A program made the position numbers and the translations under genes. From positions 1-64,000 of the forward strand of contig NW_019217845.1 of NCBI RefSeq assembly GCF_002571385.2: a DNA stretch of 64,000 nt. The letters run 5' to 3'. Origin of the DNA: Stylophora pistillata. Its lineage: Eukaryota. Shown here in pieces: positions 16,901 through 28,900 of this stretch (position 1 is the first letter of the stretch; every line of letters starts with the position of its first letter). The notes beneath the pieces are model-generated. The model was given only the letters and a program-made list of their open reading frames with translations. It did not search any database and was not told the DNA's origin.

Positions 16901-19900
16901 CTACTTCACAAAAAACAGTTTCACCAAGGACAATGCAAAAAATGGTACAGCAGTTTATTTACATTCCCTCCAGAAAAAGCACAAAGTTTTGCACCATGAA
17001 AGAAAGTGGGGAAAGGTATGTTTTTACTAACAAACACTAACACAACTGCATTAAACAAAACTAGCAAACAAGCTAGCCAAAGCCCCATCAAAGAAGTAAT
17101 GAAAAGGATTTGATGAAAATATGGACAAGATAAATTTCATCTTGGGAAGTCCAAGACAACTTTGAACACCAAAAATATAACACTGGCAATGCTAACACTG
17201 TACAGCCATCCAAAACCACTGGCGAACATTGAACTAACAAGCAAACTAGGGCTGGTTAATCCAAAAGTTTCAAAATATGATACAAATGCCAGCAATCAAT
17301 CAAGAGAAGATACAAAAAAATGACAGACACCCTTAACATTCAAAGATATTTTTTTATTTGAAAGCTTTGACAGCACTTTTCTTCCACAAAAGTACCAAAT
17401 CCATACAGTTCTCTTGTCAGGTACCTTCTTTTAAATTCAATAATTTTGGCAAATGCTCTCTATAAATAATTGCCTACAATAAATGCCTTGTAACCAATTT
17501 TCTCATAGATCTCTTTTACAGGGAATTCCTTAACAAGAAAGATGGAAAATTATGAACCACCCTTCCATAATTTTTAACCAGAAAACTGACAATTGAATAA
17601 GTATACCTTACCTTTAAGTAATTTCTTTTACATTTGGGAACAAATGGTCTGTGATTTTGTCAAGAACTAATTGGTTTCATTTTCACCAGCAGGGAGACTG
17701 CAAATTTCAAAGGGTTATTCTCACAGGACAATCTCCCATGTAACAAGCTAATTTCCTTTAACAGTCAATTTCTTCTTGCACTTTTTCTCGAGCTACTACA
17801 ACTACTACTTCTACTGCTTGCTCTGGATGAAGTACGACTGGTACTGCGGCTGTTCCTGACAGCCACTTGAACCTCATCACTTTGGGCTTCTGATTTTAAG
17901 TTCTTTTTGGCTCGATTAGATGTTAGGGAATTTCTACTAGAGCACTTGCTATTTAGTTTTGATCTACGCGATTTTGACTTATTCTTTTTAACCTGCAAGG
18001 ATTCCTCTCGTGTGTATGTGTACAAGATTTCATCCTCCTCTTCAGCAACTCTTTTTTCTTCTTCTTTCTTCAAAGCCTGCAGGTGGCCAAGCTCCCAGTC
18101 CTTCTTTGCCATTTCGACTTCATCCTGTGAATTGTAAGTTTAGACATGAAGAATACACAATCTTTTCCCACTAAACAACAATCCAAGCCTCAACCACTTC
18201 GTCCCTGTGTAACTAGAACAATTTTGGCCACTAGTTTTGCAGTGTCATGGGTTTCATTAAATGGGGGTTACTGTTGGTCTGCTATTGTCTAAAAGACCTT
18301 TTACCTCTGTCTGTTAATTAAGCTTGTGAGCAGGCTCTTCTTTTTGGGTTTAACCCTTTTGGACAAAACCACCCATGACACCATCCACAGCCACTTGTGG
18401 AAAAAGTTATGGAAACCCCTGGATGAAGCTCCCCAATTTTGTCACCCATGTTTGGTTGTAACATTTTTATATCTTATTGTTTATAGTTTGAAGTTCAAGT
18501 GAGATGCCTATGCTCCTTACCTTAGCTGCTTTGATTTGTTCCAGTGTGATGTAAGCACCAGACGATTCCAAGAATCGAATTGCGTATCTTTCCACAGCAG
18601 TCATCTTTGATAAGAATTCAAAAGAAAGTTAAAATAAGACATGTCTATTACAGCGAGGACTGTAAATTCTCCCATAAAATCCATGGAAAAATTTGCTTGC
18701 TTTGCACTTTTTCCTTTGTTCACTCCTTTTGTGAGCACAATTGTTCTCACCTGGCTCTCCAGAGCAGACAGTTCCTCCTCCACTTTAGATTGCTCTTCTT
18801 CCTAAAGAATTTAAAAACATTTGTAAATTTATTCTAATTTTACCTGTAATTAAATCCAGATACAATTAAATCCAGATACAGCCAACACAAGCAATGGACT
18901 GTTGCTGACAGGGTAAACCCTAAAAGGAGCAAAGTGCTCCAGTAACCACCTCCAGTAACTGCCTACCGGTTAGCTCAATCGATAGAGCGCTGGACTGTTG
19001 TGCAGGAGGTCGAGGGTTTGAGCCCCGGCCGGACCAACACTCAAGGTCTTAAAATAATTGAGAAGAATATGCTGCCTTTCTATAACGTCAAGAAATGGTT
19101 AGATATTCTAGTCTTCTTGGATAGGGACGAATAAATGGAGGTCCCGTCTCCTGCAGGGTTAGGGGCAGGAGACGTTAATTTCCCACGCACGAGATTACTG
19201 TGCGATGGATGTCCTCCCCTGGCTTGGGATGGGTGGGTTTACTGGGCCCGCAGTAATTGGCGCAAGCTGTTGCGGTGTCCCTGCCTGTCGGCAAAGCTAC
19301 ATAAATCAATCAAAACCAAAAGACTCTGACAAAGAGATCACACTTCAACTCGCACCTTCGCAAAAAATCACAAAAGCCAGTAATCTGCCCTCATCGCATT
19401 CAAAATGATACCCAAGTGTTATGCTTGCCTGCCAAAATGGCAGCACAACATTTCTAGAAGCAATTTCATCATCTCCCTTCCTCAGAGATTATAACTCTTT
19501 TTTGCCTGAATGCAATGTAGCCATTACTGCATGTTAGATGAGGGAATCAAAAGAAAATGACTCTTTCAGACTAACCTTTCCATCTTCACTCAGAGGGATT
19601 CCTTCATCAAATTCAGCCAATTCTGCTGCCTCTTCAGCCTTAGCTCTTGTAGCAGCACAAGCATCCTGTTCATCTTCAGCTTTGAATAATGCCTGAAAGA
19701 GGTGTTTTCAAAGGAACTTAACTTAAACTGCCTCTCTACGTGTAAACAAAGCAGGTGTAATTTACCTGCTCCAGCAAGCTCTGAGACACTTTTCCACCTC
19801 CTGTCTTCGTTCTACCAACTTCTGCAGTTGTCTCAGGCTCTTTTTGAGATTCTTCTGTCACAACTTCATCAATGGGCTCTGTCTTGGTAATGCTAGGCTG

Positions 19901-22900
19901 GGTGTTGACAGCTTCAGAAGATGGTTCAATGGTGAAGAGATCCTTTAGTGTAGTCTGCAAAGTGAAGAACAAAAAATTAAACATGAAACGCTGTTCAGAT
20001 TGTGATACAACTCTACATAAATTTCAAGGTTTGTACAGATTTCAAACTTATAAGATGTCACGACTTTCCAGAAACTTTCATGACTTGTTATCCACATGGT
20101 CAAGATACTGTTTGCAATATGTTGCGAAAATAATCAATCCAGGTATTACATGTTCTGTTTTTTTGCATAAGTCACTCTCAGACATTTCCAATTATTTTTC
20201 ATGACCAAAATACAAATTCTGTGACTTTCCAGGCCAGGAATATGATACCGCAACATTCCAAAACTTTTCAAGTTTTCTGTAAGATGGATAACTCCCTGAA
20301 GTGATCAACATGTGACTTCTCCCTATAATATCTACACATCATCAAGCAAACAGCTAATGAGAATACTCAAGCTTATCAGGTAGAGGTTGTTATCTTGATC
20401 TAACACAAATTATTGGAACTAATTCACTAGGAGATGTGTAGCAGTTGGAGGGGAGAATTAAAAATCACATCTTGGGAGTAAAAAGGGTTAAACCCTGCAG
20501 GTGGCTCTAGAACTTAGCAGCATATCACAACTACAAATTCTGTCTGTGTTGGCAATGTTTACCCTTAGTTTCTTACTTTCATACTTTCAAAGAAAATCCA
20601 TTAAAACATCGTGTATTAGGCCCGGGATATTTGCCGATTTGAACAATGTTGTGGATGGTATAACAAAGTTACAAAATAATACAATGCCTTCAGGTGGCGT
20701 ATTTCAACTAACCTCTTTGAAAAATGCTGTGGTAAAGTTTCCACCCTCAATAGCAATATCACCCAGCATTCTTTTCTGATTTGCTTTCTTCAGGATGTTC
20801 TCCTCAATTGTCCTCTCACTAATCAGTCTGTAGATGTGGACATCTCTGGTTTGACCAATGCGATGACATCTGTCTTGTGCTTGGGCATCCATTGTGGGAT
20901 TCCAGTCACTGTCGTAAAAGATGACCGTGTCTGCGCCAGTGAGATTGACACCTAGTCCGCCACTGCGGGTGGACAGGATGAAGCAGAATATGCGAGTATC
21001 AGCATTGAAGCGCTCCATCAAGACCTGTCTTTGCTCCACTCTTGTTGTACCATCAAGCCTCAGGTAGATGTAACCATGGTAATTTAAAAAGCTCTCTAGA
21101 ACATCCAGCATCTTAGTCATTTGGGTAAAGATCAGAGCTCTGCAAATATCAAGTGGAAGATTAACAAATTAATTGTAACTATCAGTATCAAGTTAACTAT
21201 TTGACCATAGCTCAAATGTCAACTTATTTGCTTTGTAAAATATGAAGAATAAGTTAACATAATAAAGATCCACATCTAGACTTACAATAACAAAATATGT
21301 TACATCACAACTGACTGATTGGTTTTCACAAAGCTTTAGACTAAACTAGACATGTTGCCAAGGTTGATTTTAATTTTTTTTTTTACCTGTGCTTTCCAGC
21401 TTTTAGTCTTCTTAGAAGTAGATCAAGAGTTTGAAGCTTGCCTGCAGTAAAACAAACCACAATCACTGATCTTATGCACTAGCTAAAATCAATACAAAAA
21501 AATTCATGGTGCTGATACACAAGTACCACATTTTAAAACAGCCCTTGCATTAATGCTTTTGTTCAGCTCTAGGCATACGTTCTTACCACAATCATACTGA
21601 ATAAGCCGCACTTCTGGAAACTGCATCTTCAAGCCTCTAGCAATTGGATGCATAAAAGATGTCTTGGGCATCAGTTCACCATGAAGTGTCTCCTCGAGGT
21701 TCTGCATCTTTGACAAGTAGGATGGCGGAGGATGGGACATATGTAGTTTGATGGGAGGAGCTTCCACAGATGGAATAGCAAACACAAACCTGACAAGAAA
21801 CGATTAGTTCTTAACCATTTGACCCCTAAAAGTGACTAACACCTAATTTCTCCTTGCAATATCACCCCAGAAGTCAAACATTAAGGTCATGAGAATAAAG
21901 GAAATGATCACCAACTCAAGGTCATGATTGTAAACAAAAATTCTCCTTGTCAGCACCTTAAGAAAAGTATAGAGAACAGTATGGAGAATATGCATACTGA
22001 TGTTAGTATAGAGACTATGTATCTTGTGTTGGGGTATAAGGGTTAATAATGGTTGAATAAACTATGACAGCATTTTGCCACATTTAATGCTGACAGCTCA
22101 GAACTTCTACATTTATCAGGGTCAATCAAAAACACGGACCTCGAAGTATAGAACTCATCACACGCTGTCCCTTCATCAAAAAGATTTTTTCTTGAATAAC
22201 TCAAGTAATGGCTATGCACGCACAAATTTGTGTATTTCTCCTAAAATTAATGAAGCTGTCCAGGAGTCTCCTTGATTTCTTTAACTGCAATAGTCCATTT
22301 TACAGTTGTGTGCTTGGTTGCCAAGCCTTTGAATGGGAGTGAGGCTAGGGTTGACCTTGTTATGATACAAACCTTGCTGCCTTTCAAATGTAAATCACTT
22401 TGTTATTATGCTAAGTAGATACAGGTCTCTATCATGACAAGGTCACCTTCAGCCTCACTCTGAATCAAAGACTTGGCAACTAAGTACAACTGTAAAATGG
22501 CCTATTGCTATAAGTAAGGCAGATAATAAACTGCTCAAAAACACAATCAAAAAGTGAACAGAAAAAAGTCTTATTACAAAGTAATCTGGGTTATTTTTCA
22601 AGATATCTTTAATCCAATTCTGGTATCATAATATTGGTGAGCCAGAAAAATAAAAACACACATTAATTTTTTACCTGCTAAAAATATCCTTCATTTCTGT
22701 CACTCTGTCTTCTGGGGTCTTGAAAATACTTGTCAAATATTCAGAACATCTCACTGTACTCCACACATCCTTAACAACAGACACAGCCTGCACCAAATCC
22801 AGCCCATAGACTGGTTGTGCTTGAGAATGACGATTGTTGACTCGTAAAATGCGCACAAGCTTCTGCTTTCTTTCCTTGAGCCTCTTCTCTGAAAGATTCT

Positions 22901-25900
22901 CCTAGCAGAGCATATTCAACTAAGTTAATTCCAGTTCTGTCTTCTTATTTTCTCCAGTAAAACTATCCTATTGATCCTTGCCAGCTCAGAACTTCAAGTT
23001 TTATCACAGATTTACTCTCAACAACACGGACCTGAAGTTTCACTCATCACATGCTGACAAGAAACCCCTAGTCACTCCCCTTTTTTAACCCTAACACTGC
23101 TCCCAGGGAGGGACTAGCATCTATGTTCTCCTTACACTAGTGTATCTAAAAGATATAGTGATGCTGCAGCACGTTCTGTTGCTAGTGACATAATTTATAC
23201 AGTGATTCATCTACCTGTGTGTTCCAAGAATTACATTGAAAAACCTTATAATATCACACCTGGGTCAAAGACTGCTAACTATCAACTTTAACAGTACCAT
23301 AGGAAATTTACAGTTCAAAATGTTTGAAGAATATGCATACTAATGAGTGAGCCTGAAGGAAAACAAGAGACTGAGAGTCTTCAAGGTCTAAAACTGACAA
23401 AGATAACATTTTGACTTAACATTTACATTGCTATAAAGGCGATAACAAGTCAACAAAAACATTGACAAAGTCTGACTAAAATATTTGCAGGTAAATTCAT
23501 ATTTCTGAACCAGTGCCTTTCATGTCTTTTGTAGGGATGAATGACTACATGCAGCTTTGACATAGAAACATACCAAGAAAAATGGTGAATCTTTGTTGGC
23601 TTGGGTGACAGCACGAGCAGGAAGTGATGTTTTACTTTCCAAGGCAATTCGCTTGGTTGGAGACACTGGTTTTGATTCAGGATGGGGAAGTCTAATAGCT
23701 ACACCATCTTGAACAGTTTGTCCTACTGGTGCTCGGTTTTGAGCTGCTGGAAAGCTTGCGCTACTTGGAACAGACTGATGCGACTCTACAGCAACACCAG
23801 TGGCAGAGGGAACAGAAGCTGACCAGGGCGACTGCCCAGCTGCCAAATGTTGACGCTGAGATTCATAGCCTGCTCCAGGTCCTGGATAGGGTGGAGGTGG
23901 GGGCATTTCCCTTCCAAATCCCGACAGAAGTATCCTGGATGCAGGAAAGCCGGTAGGAGCACCAGAACTGTGCCGTGTTGAGTAGCTGTGAGGCTGTTGC
24001 CCTTCAGGAGTTCCAGGCGGCATTCTTCCAGGTAATGATCCACCAAAACTTGGGCGTTGCGAATGGTCCTGAGACCACCCTGGAGGAATTCCATAAGGAA
24101 TAGCACCAGGAGTGTATGTGGGGTGCACTCTGTGTTGTTGATGAGCAGAGTAAGGGGGAGGGGGTACATGTGGCATGTGTTGTCCACTTGGATGAATACT
24201 GTTGGATATATCTGTCTTGACACTGCCTAGGGGAGGCACAGGATGCCCAGAAAGTGAAATCCTGCGAGGTTTCACTGGAGGAACCAGCCTCCTGGTTGGT
24301 TCAGGGTAGGAGTCTATTTCTACAATCATTTTTGCAGGTGTCTGAAGAGTCTGTGAACGATAAGCTGCATAGCTCGTTACTGTCCTTTCTATGTCTGCTA
24401 CACACAAGTTCAAGTAACCAAAGCTGACATGTTTAAGGGGGTTATAATCAAGAGCTCTAAGCACCAATGACGCAGTGTAAAACTCAATGCCCTCCATGTA
24501 GAATGGTGAAACTGTTGGTCTTGGTTCAAACAAGTCGGGATGATTACAAACCTGAAAGAGTATATATTTATTTATCTATTCTACAATAAGAACCAGTAAG
24601 TAGCAGGCATGCTCTTAGAAAGGGCATAAACTTCGTACAACTTTGTGTTTGCTTTTGATTATGCAGTTGGCTTGTCCTCGCGAGAGTAATCCTGAAAAGG
24701 ACTTTAGTGGATGAAATTTGAAGTCATAATCAGAGTCAAGTGCCTCTGTGATTGTGTGACTTCCACACAGGTTGTCCATATGTCTGTCAGAGACAATGAC
24801 AACAGTCTTTTAAAGACTACATATGAATAAAGGCTGATAGTTTCGAAAGAAACTATTTGGGGCTGCGTCGGTGGGAGTAACGAAATAATTTGGATATATC
24901 AACAAAGTTGAAATGGTAAATTGGCCACCGTAACGATTACAAAAGCTGACGTTTCGAGCGTTAGCCCTTCGTCGGAGCGAATAGAGGAATTGTGGGTTGT
25001 GTGTGCTTTTAAAGGCAGAAAATGGAGCTACATTATTGGTGGGAACATGGCAACGAGAAAAACAAGAACAAATTAGTGGAATGAAAAGCGTTCGTTGATC
25101 CCTGTGGGATTTAAACTGCCAGTTTGAAAGATGAGCTTTTGTTCAAGATTTTTACGGCTTTCCGTGCTACCTAAGTGTAAGGAAAGACTGCAGATTGCCA
25201 TATGTTGCTTGGAATGATTAGGTAAATTAAAATGTTTAGTGACTTTTCACAGCCTCCGCTCATTTCATTCAAACGCGACAAAAACATAGGCAATTTTTTG
25301 GTCAGAAGTTCTTTTCAGACTAATGATCAACCAGGCACTTTTAAATGCGCTCGTGCACAATGCAAAACGTGTCCTTTTATTCACAACACTGATAAAATAT
25401 CGGGACCTAAACGATCCATTAAGATCACCGATCACTTCACGTGCACCTCCGCCAATGTAATCTATTGCATAACTTGCATGTATTGCCAAAAGATATACAT
25501 CGGTGAAACAGGTAGAAGACTAGGTGACCGATTCCGAGAACACCTTTGAGACGTGGAAAGGAATGACAAGGACACATCAAAACCAGTCGCTAGACATTTT
25601 AATTTACCTAATCATTCTAAGCAACATATGGCAATCTGCAGTCTTTCCTTACACTTGGGTAGCACGGAAAGCCGTAAAAATATTGATCAAAAGTTCATCT
25701 TTCAAACAGGCAGTCTAAATCCCACAGGGACCAATGAACGCTTTTCATTCCACTAATTTATTCTTGTTTTTCTTGTTGCCATGTTCCCACCAATAATGTA
25801 GCTCCATTTTCTGCCTCTAAAAGTACACACAGCCCACAATTCCTCTATTCGCTCCAACAAAGGGCTAATGCTCGAAACATCAGTTTTGTAATCGTTACGG

Positions 25901-28900
25901 TGGCCAATTTACCATTTCAACTTTGTTGATATATCCAAATTATTTAAAAACTACATACTCTACCCTCTATGATCAACTGTTAAAAAAAATGTATACACTA
26001 ACTACTGATTTCATTGTTTTTTCCCCCCTCCCTGGACATTTTATGCTAAATAGTTTGTTACCTTTCTCAGCTGCATGAGAATGTTAATAACACTAAGAAA
26101 GTGGCCAGACTCTAAGGTTTCCTTTGTCCTGAAACAAATGTGAATAAAACAAATTTTACAATGATGCCCCTCTTACAAAATGATGTGTTGCAAATGCAAT
26201 TATACTGATAGTATGTAACACTGTTGCTTCTGACAGGAACCATTAACACTTGAGAAGTAGACATTAATGGGTTTTATAGCAGCTTCTTCTCTTGGCCATG
26301 AATGACAAAACCAAACGGTTAGCAGTAAACCTTGGCTAAAGAGCAACTGGCCGTATAGAGATATTAAAACGACAACCAAAATAATTCTTCCACTCATAGG
26401 AAATACATGCAACAGTCCAACCCTTGCCACAATTGACCCTTGTAGGTAAACTGGAAGGAAAACCAATGTTAGGTCTGAGTTCAGGACTCCACAGCACTTC
26501 AACCCATGCCTCTCAGATGTTGAACACCAACACCCTTCACCCATTAACTCCCAAGAACTGACTGTAAATTCTACCCCCTTGCTGCTGCACATTTCCTTGG
26601 GAATGAGTATGAGAATTCCATGTTAGATCAACACAACTTATACCTGTTAAGTTTGAGTATTCTCATAACCAGTTTGCTGATAATGTATGGATAACATAGG
26701 GAGAAGTTATATGTCAATCACCTCTGGGAGTTAAAGGGTTAATGCCAGGTACAAGCCTAAAATCTTCTTTCAGTTACATTTTTTTTTAACTAAACTTCCA
26801 GTCACAATTCAAGAACTAAAGGATAACATAATCCTTCATTACCCAAAAGGTCTTGTAGGCAAATATATTTTTTTCTATTACATTGCAGAACTCACTTAGT
26901 CCTAGACATGAAGTCATCATAAAGGTAACGCTGTCTCTTAGACAAGCGGCATCGAATCAAGTGTTCATATTTCTTGGGCATCTGTGTTTCCACCTCCAGC
27001 TTAAGTCTTCTCAGCAGAAAGGGTCTCAGAACCTACAAATGTAAATGGAGAATCAATACATCTAGTCCACAGTTCTACAAAAACAAACCCACCCACAATG
27101 CAGGTTCTCCTGCAGTGTAGAGTATGTACCTCTCGACAGGAACCACTGAATGTTTGAGTAATACCTTCCAGTGGGTTTTATAAGAGTATCATGCTCTTGG
27201 CCAAGTGAAATTACCACATAGCAACCAAAGCTATGCAATATTGGATTGGATGGCCACTTACTAATAAAAAAATCAAATGGATCAGGCTTAATTGCAACAA
27301 ACAACCTTTAATACTTACAAGTATATTCACCTAACACCTGTCTACAGTACTGCTTATGAGTAAGTCGACAGTCCTTTGATCCTCAGTCCTTGATCCTTAA
27401 TTTTTGATCCTCAATTCTTAATACACAAATCTCATCTGTTGATTCTCAAAAGTTTTGAGGATGAAGAATCAAGTTTTGTGTTGAGACTGTCAGCTTACTC
27501 TTGAGTGGTACTGTACAACTTGATGCAACAGGCAACACTAAATCAAGACTGTAAACACAAGTGTTTTTTTGGCCATGGATAACAGCTGACAGGCCACTGT
27601 ACAATACTTCTAATCAGTACATGCTACTGATCTTACAATAGCAAAGTCAAGCCTTGCATGGTAAAGGTAAATATCAATGTTTCTAACTGGTTACTGGTAT
27701 TAATATCTGATAACTGTCCTTGGTTTCAAGGCATCTATGCTTGAGCTTGTTTATCAAAGTTCATAGACACCAGAAGTAATTGAATTCACACCAGGTCACT
27801 ACCCATGGCTTCATGCACAATTGCATAAGCCTGCTAATAACAGTTTAGAAAAACCAACCTTATGAAGCCTTTTGATTAGTCCTTCATTGTACTCTCTGCT
27901 CCCTTCAATCATGCCAGACAGAGGATTGGAAAACCATTCTTTGAAATCCTTATGAGACTGGAAAACATGTGGCATAAGGAAGTGCATAAGTGACCATAAC
28001 TCCATCAAACTGTTCTGCAGGGGAGTGCCTGTCAAAAGTAGTCTGCAGTGGCTATTGAAGTTGAGGAGATACTGCCACCTTTGGGACTTGAAGTTCTTGA
28101 TGTTTTGGGCCTAAACCAGGATTACAATGAAGGTAATAAACTATCAGTTACTATAACAAACAGTGACTGTTTTGAGCCATGGAATAGCATTGGATAGTGT
28201 TGGATTGTGTAGTTTGATCCTCAGCTCTGATGACTTCTAAGATTGTTGAAAGGTCAGTCACTACATATNTTGCGCGATGCGAGAAAACCTGTTTAACCGG
28301 TACTACAATAGACGAGTACAAATACCGTGTGATATTTGTACTCGTCTATGGTGTTATTTGTACTCGTCTAGGTGTAGTTGGATAATAATATGGAAAACAG
28401 TCCTTCTTGGGTCTACTCTCAACCCAACAATCAGAATACATCATTAACTTTACAATGCTGTTTGGGTACAACAAACAACAATGACAGTCTTCCAGAGATA
28501 AAGGACAATTAAACTAAGGTTTACATCCTAATCACCTCGTCTAGAATGAAGTATTTCCACTTCTTCCTGCGGAAAGCCTGATGATCTTGAATGACCAGCT
28601 TGTAGGATGTGATACATACATGAAAAGCGTTCGGTTTAGTCCAACCCTGAAGAAATGAAAAATTTTCAAAACCTTACTTGTATGCAATAATAAATCACAA
28701 AAGAATTTAACAGAACATTAATTTAAGCACGGAGAACTCTGTCTCTACTACTCAGCCCTAGTGAATTTGGTCTATAGAACACAACCACCTCTGACAACTC
28801 AAAGTAGGGTGCTGTGTACAAAAATAATTAATTACCACAAAAGTAATTACTTTGTAAAAAAGGTTGTGCTTGTTCATCACGGTGAAGTACAATAATAACA

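Noticed and set aside
28300-28380. CRISPR-like repeats (also 60679-61051)
   Set aside because: Eukaryotic context, mixed orientation, no unique spacers of regular length and no cas genes.
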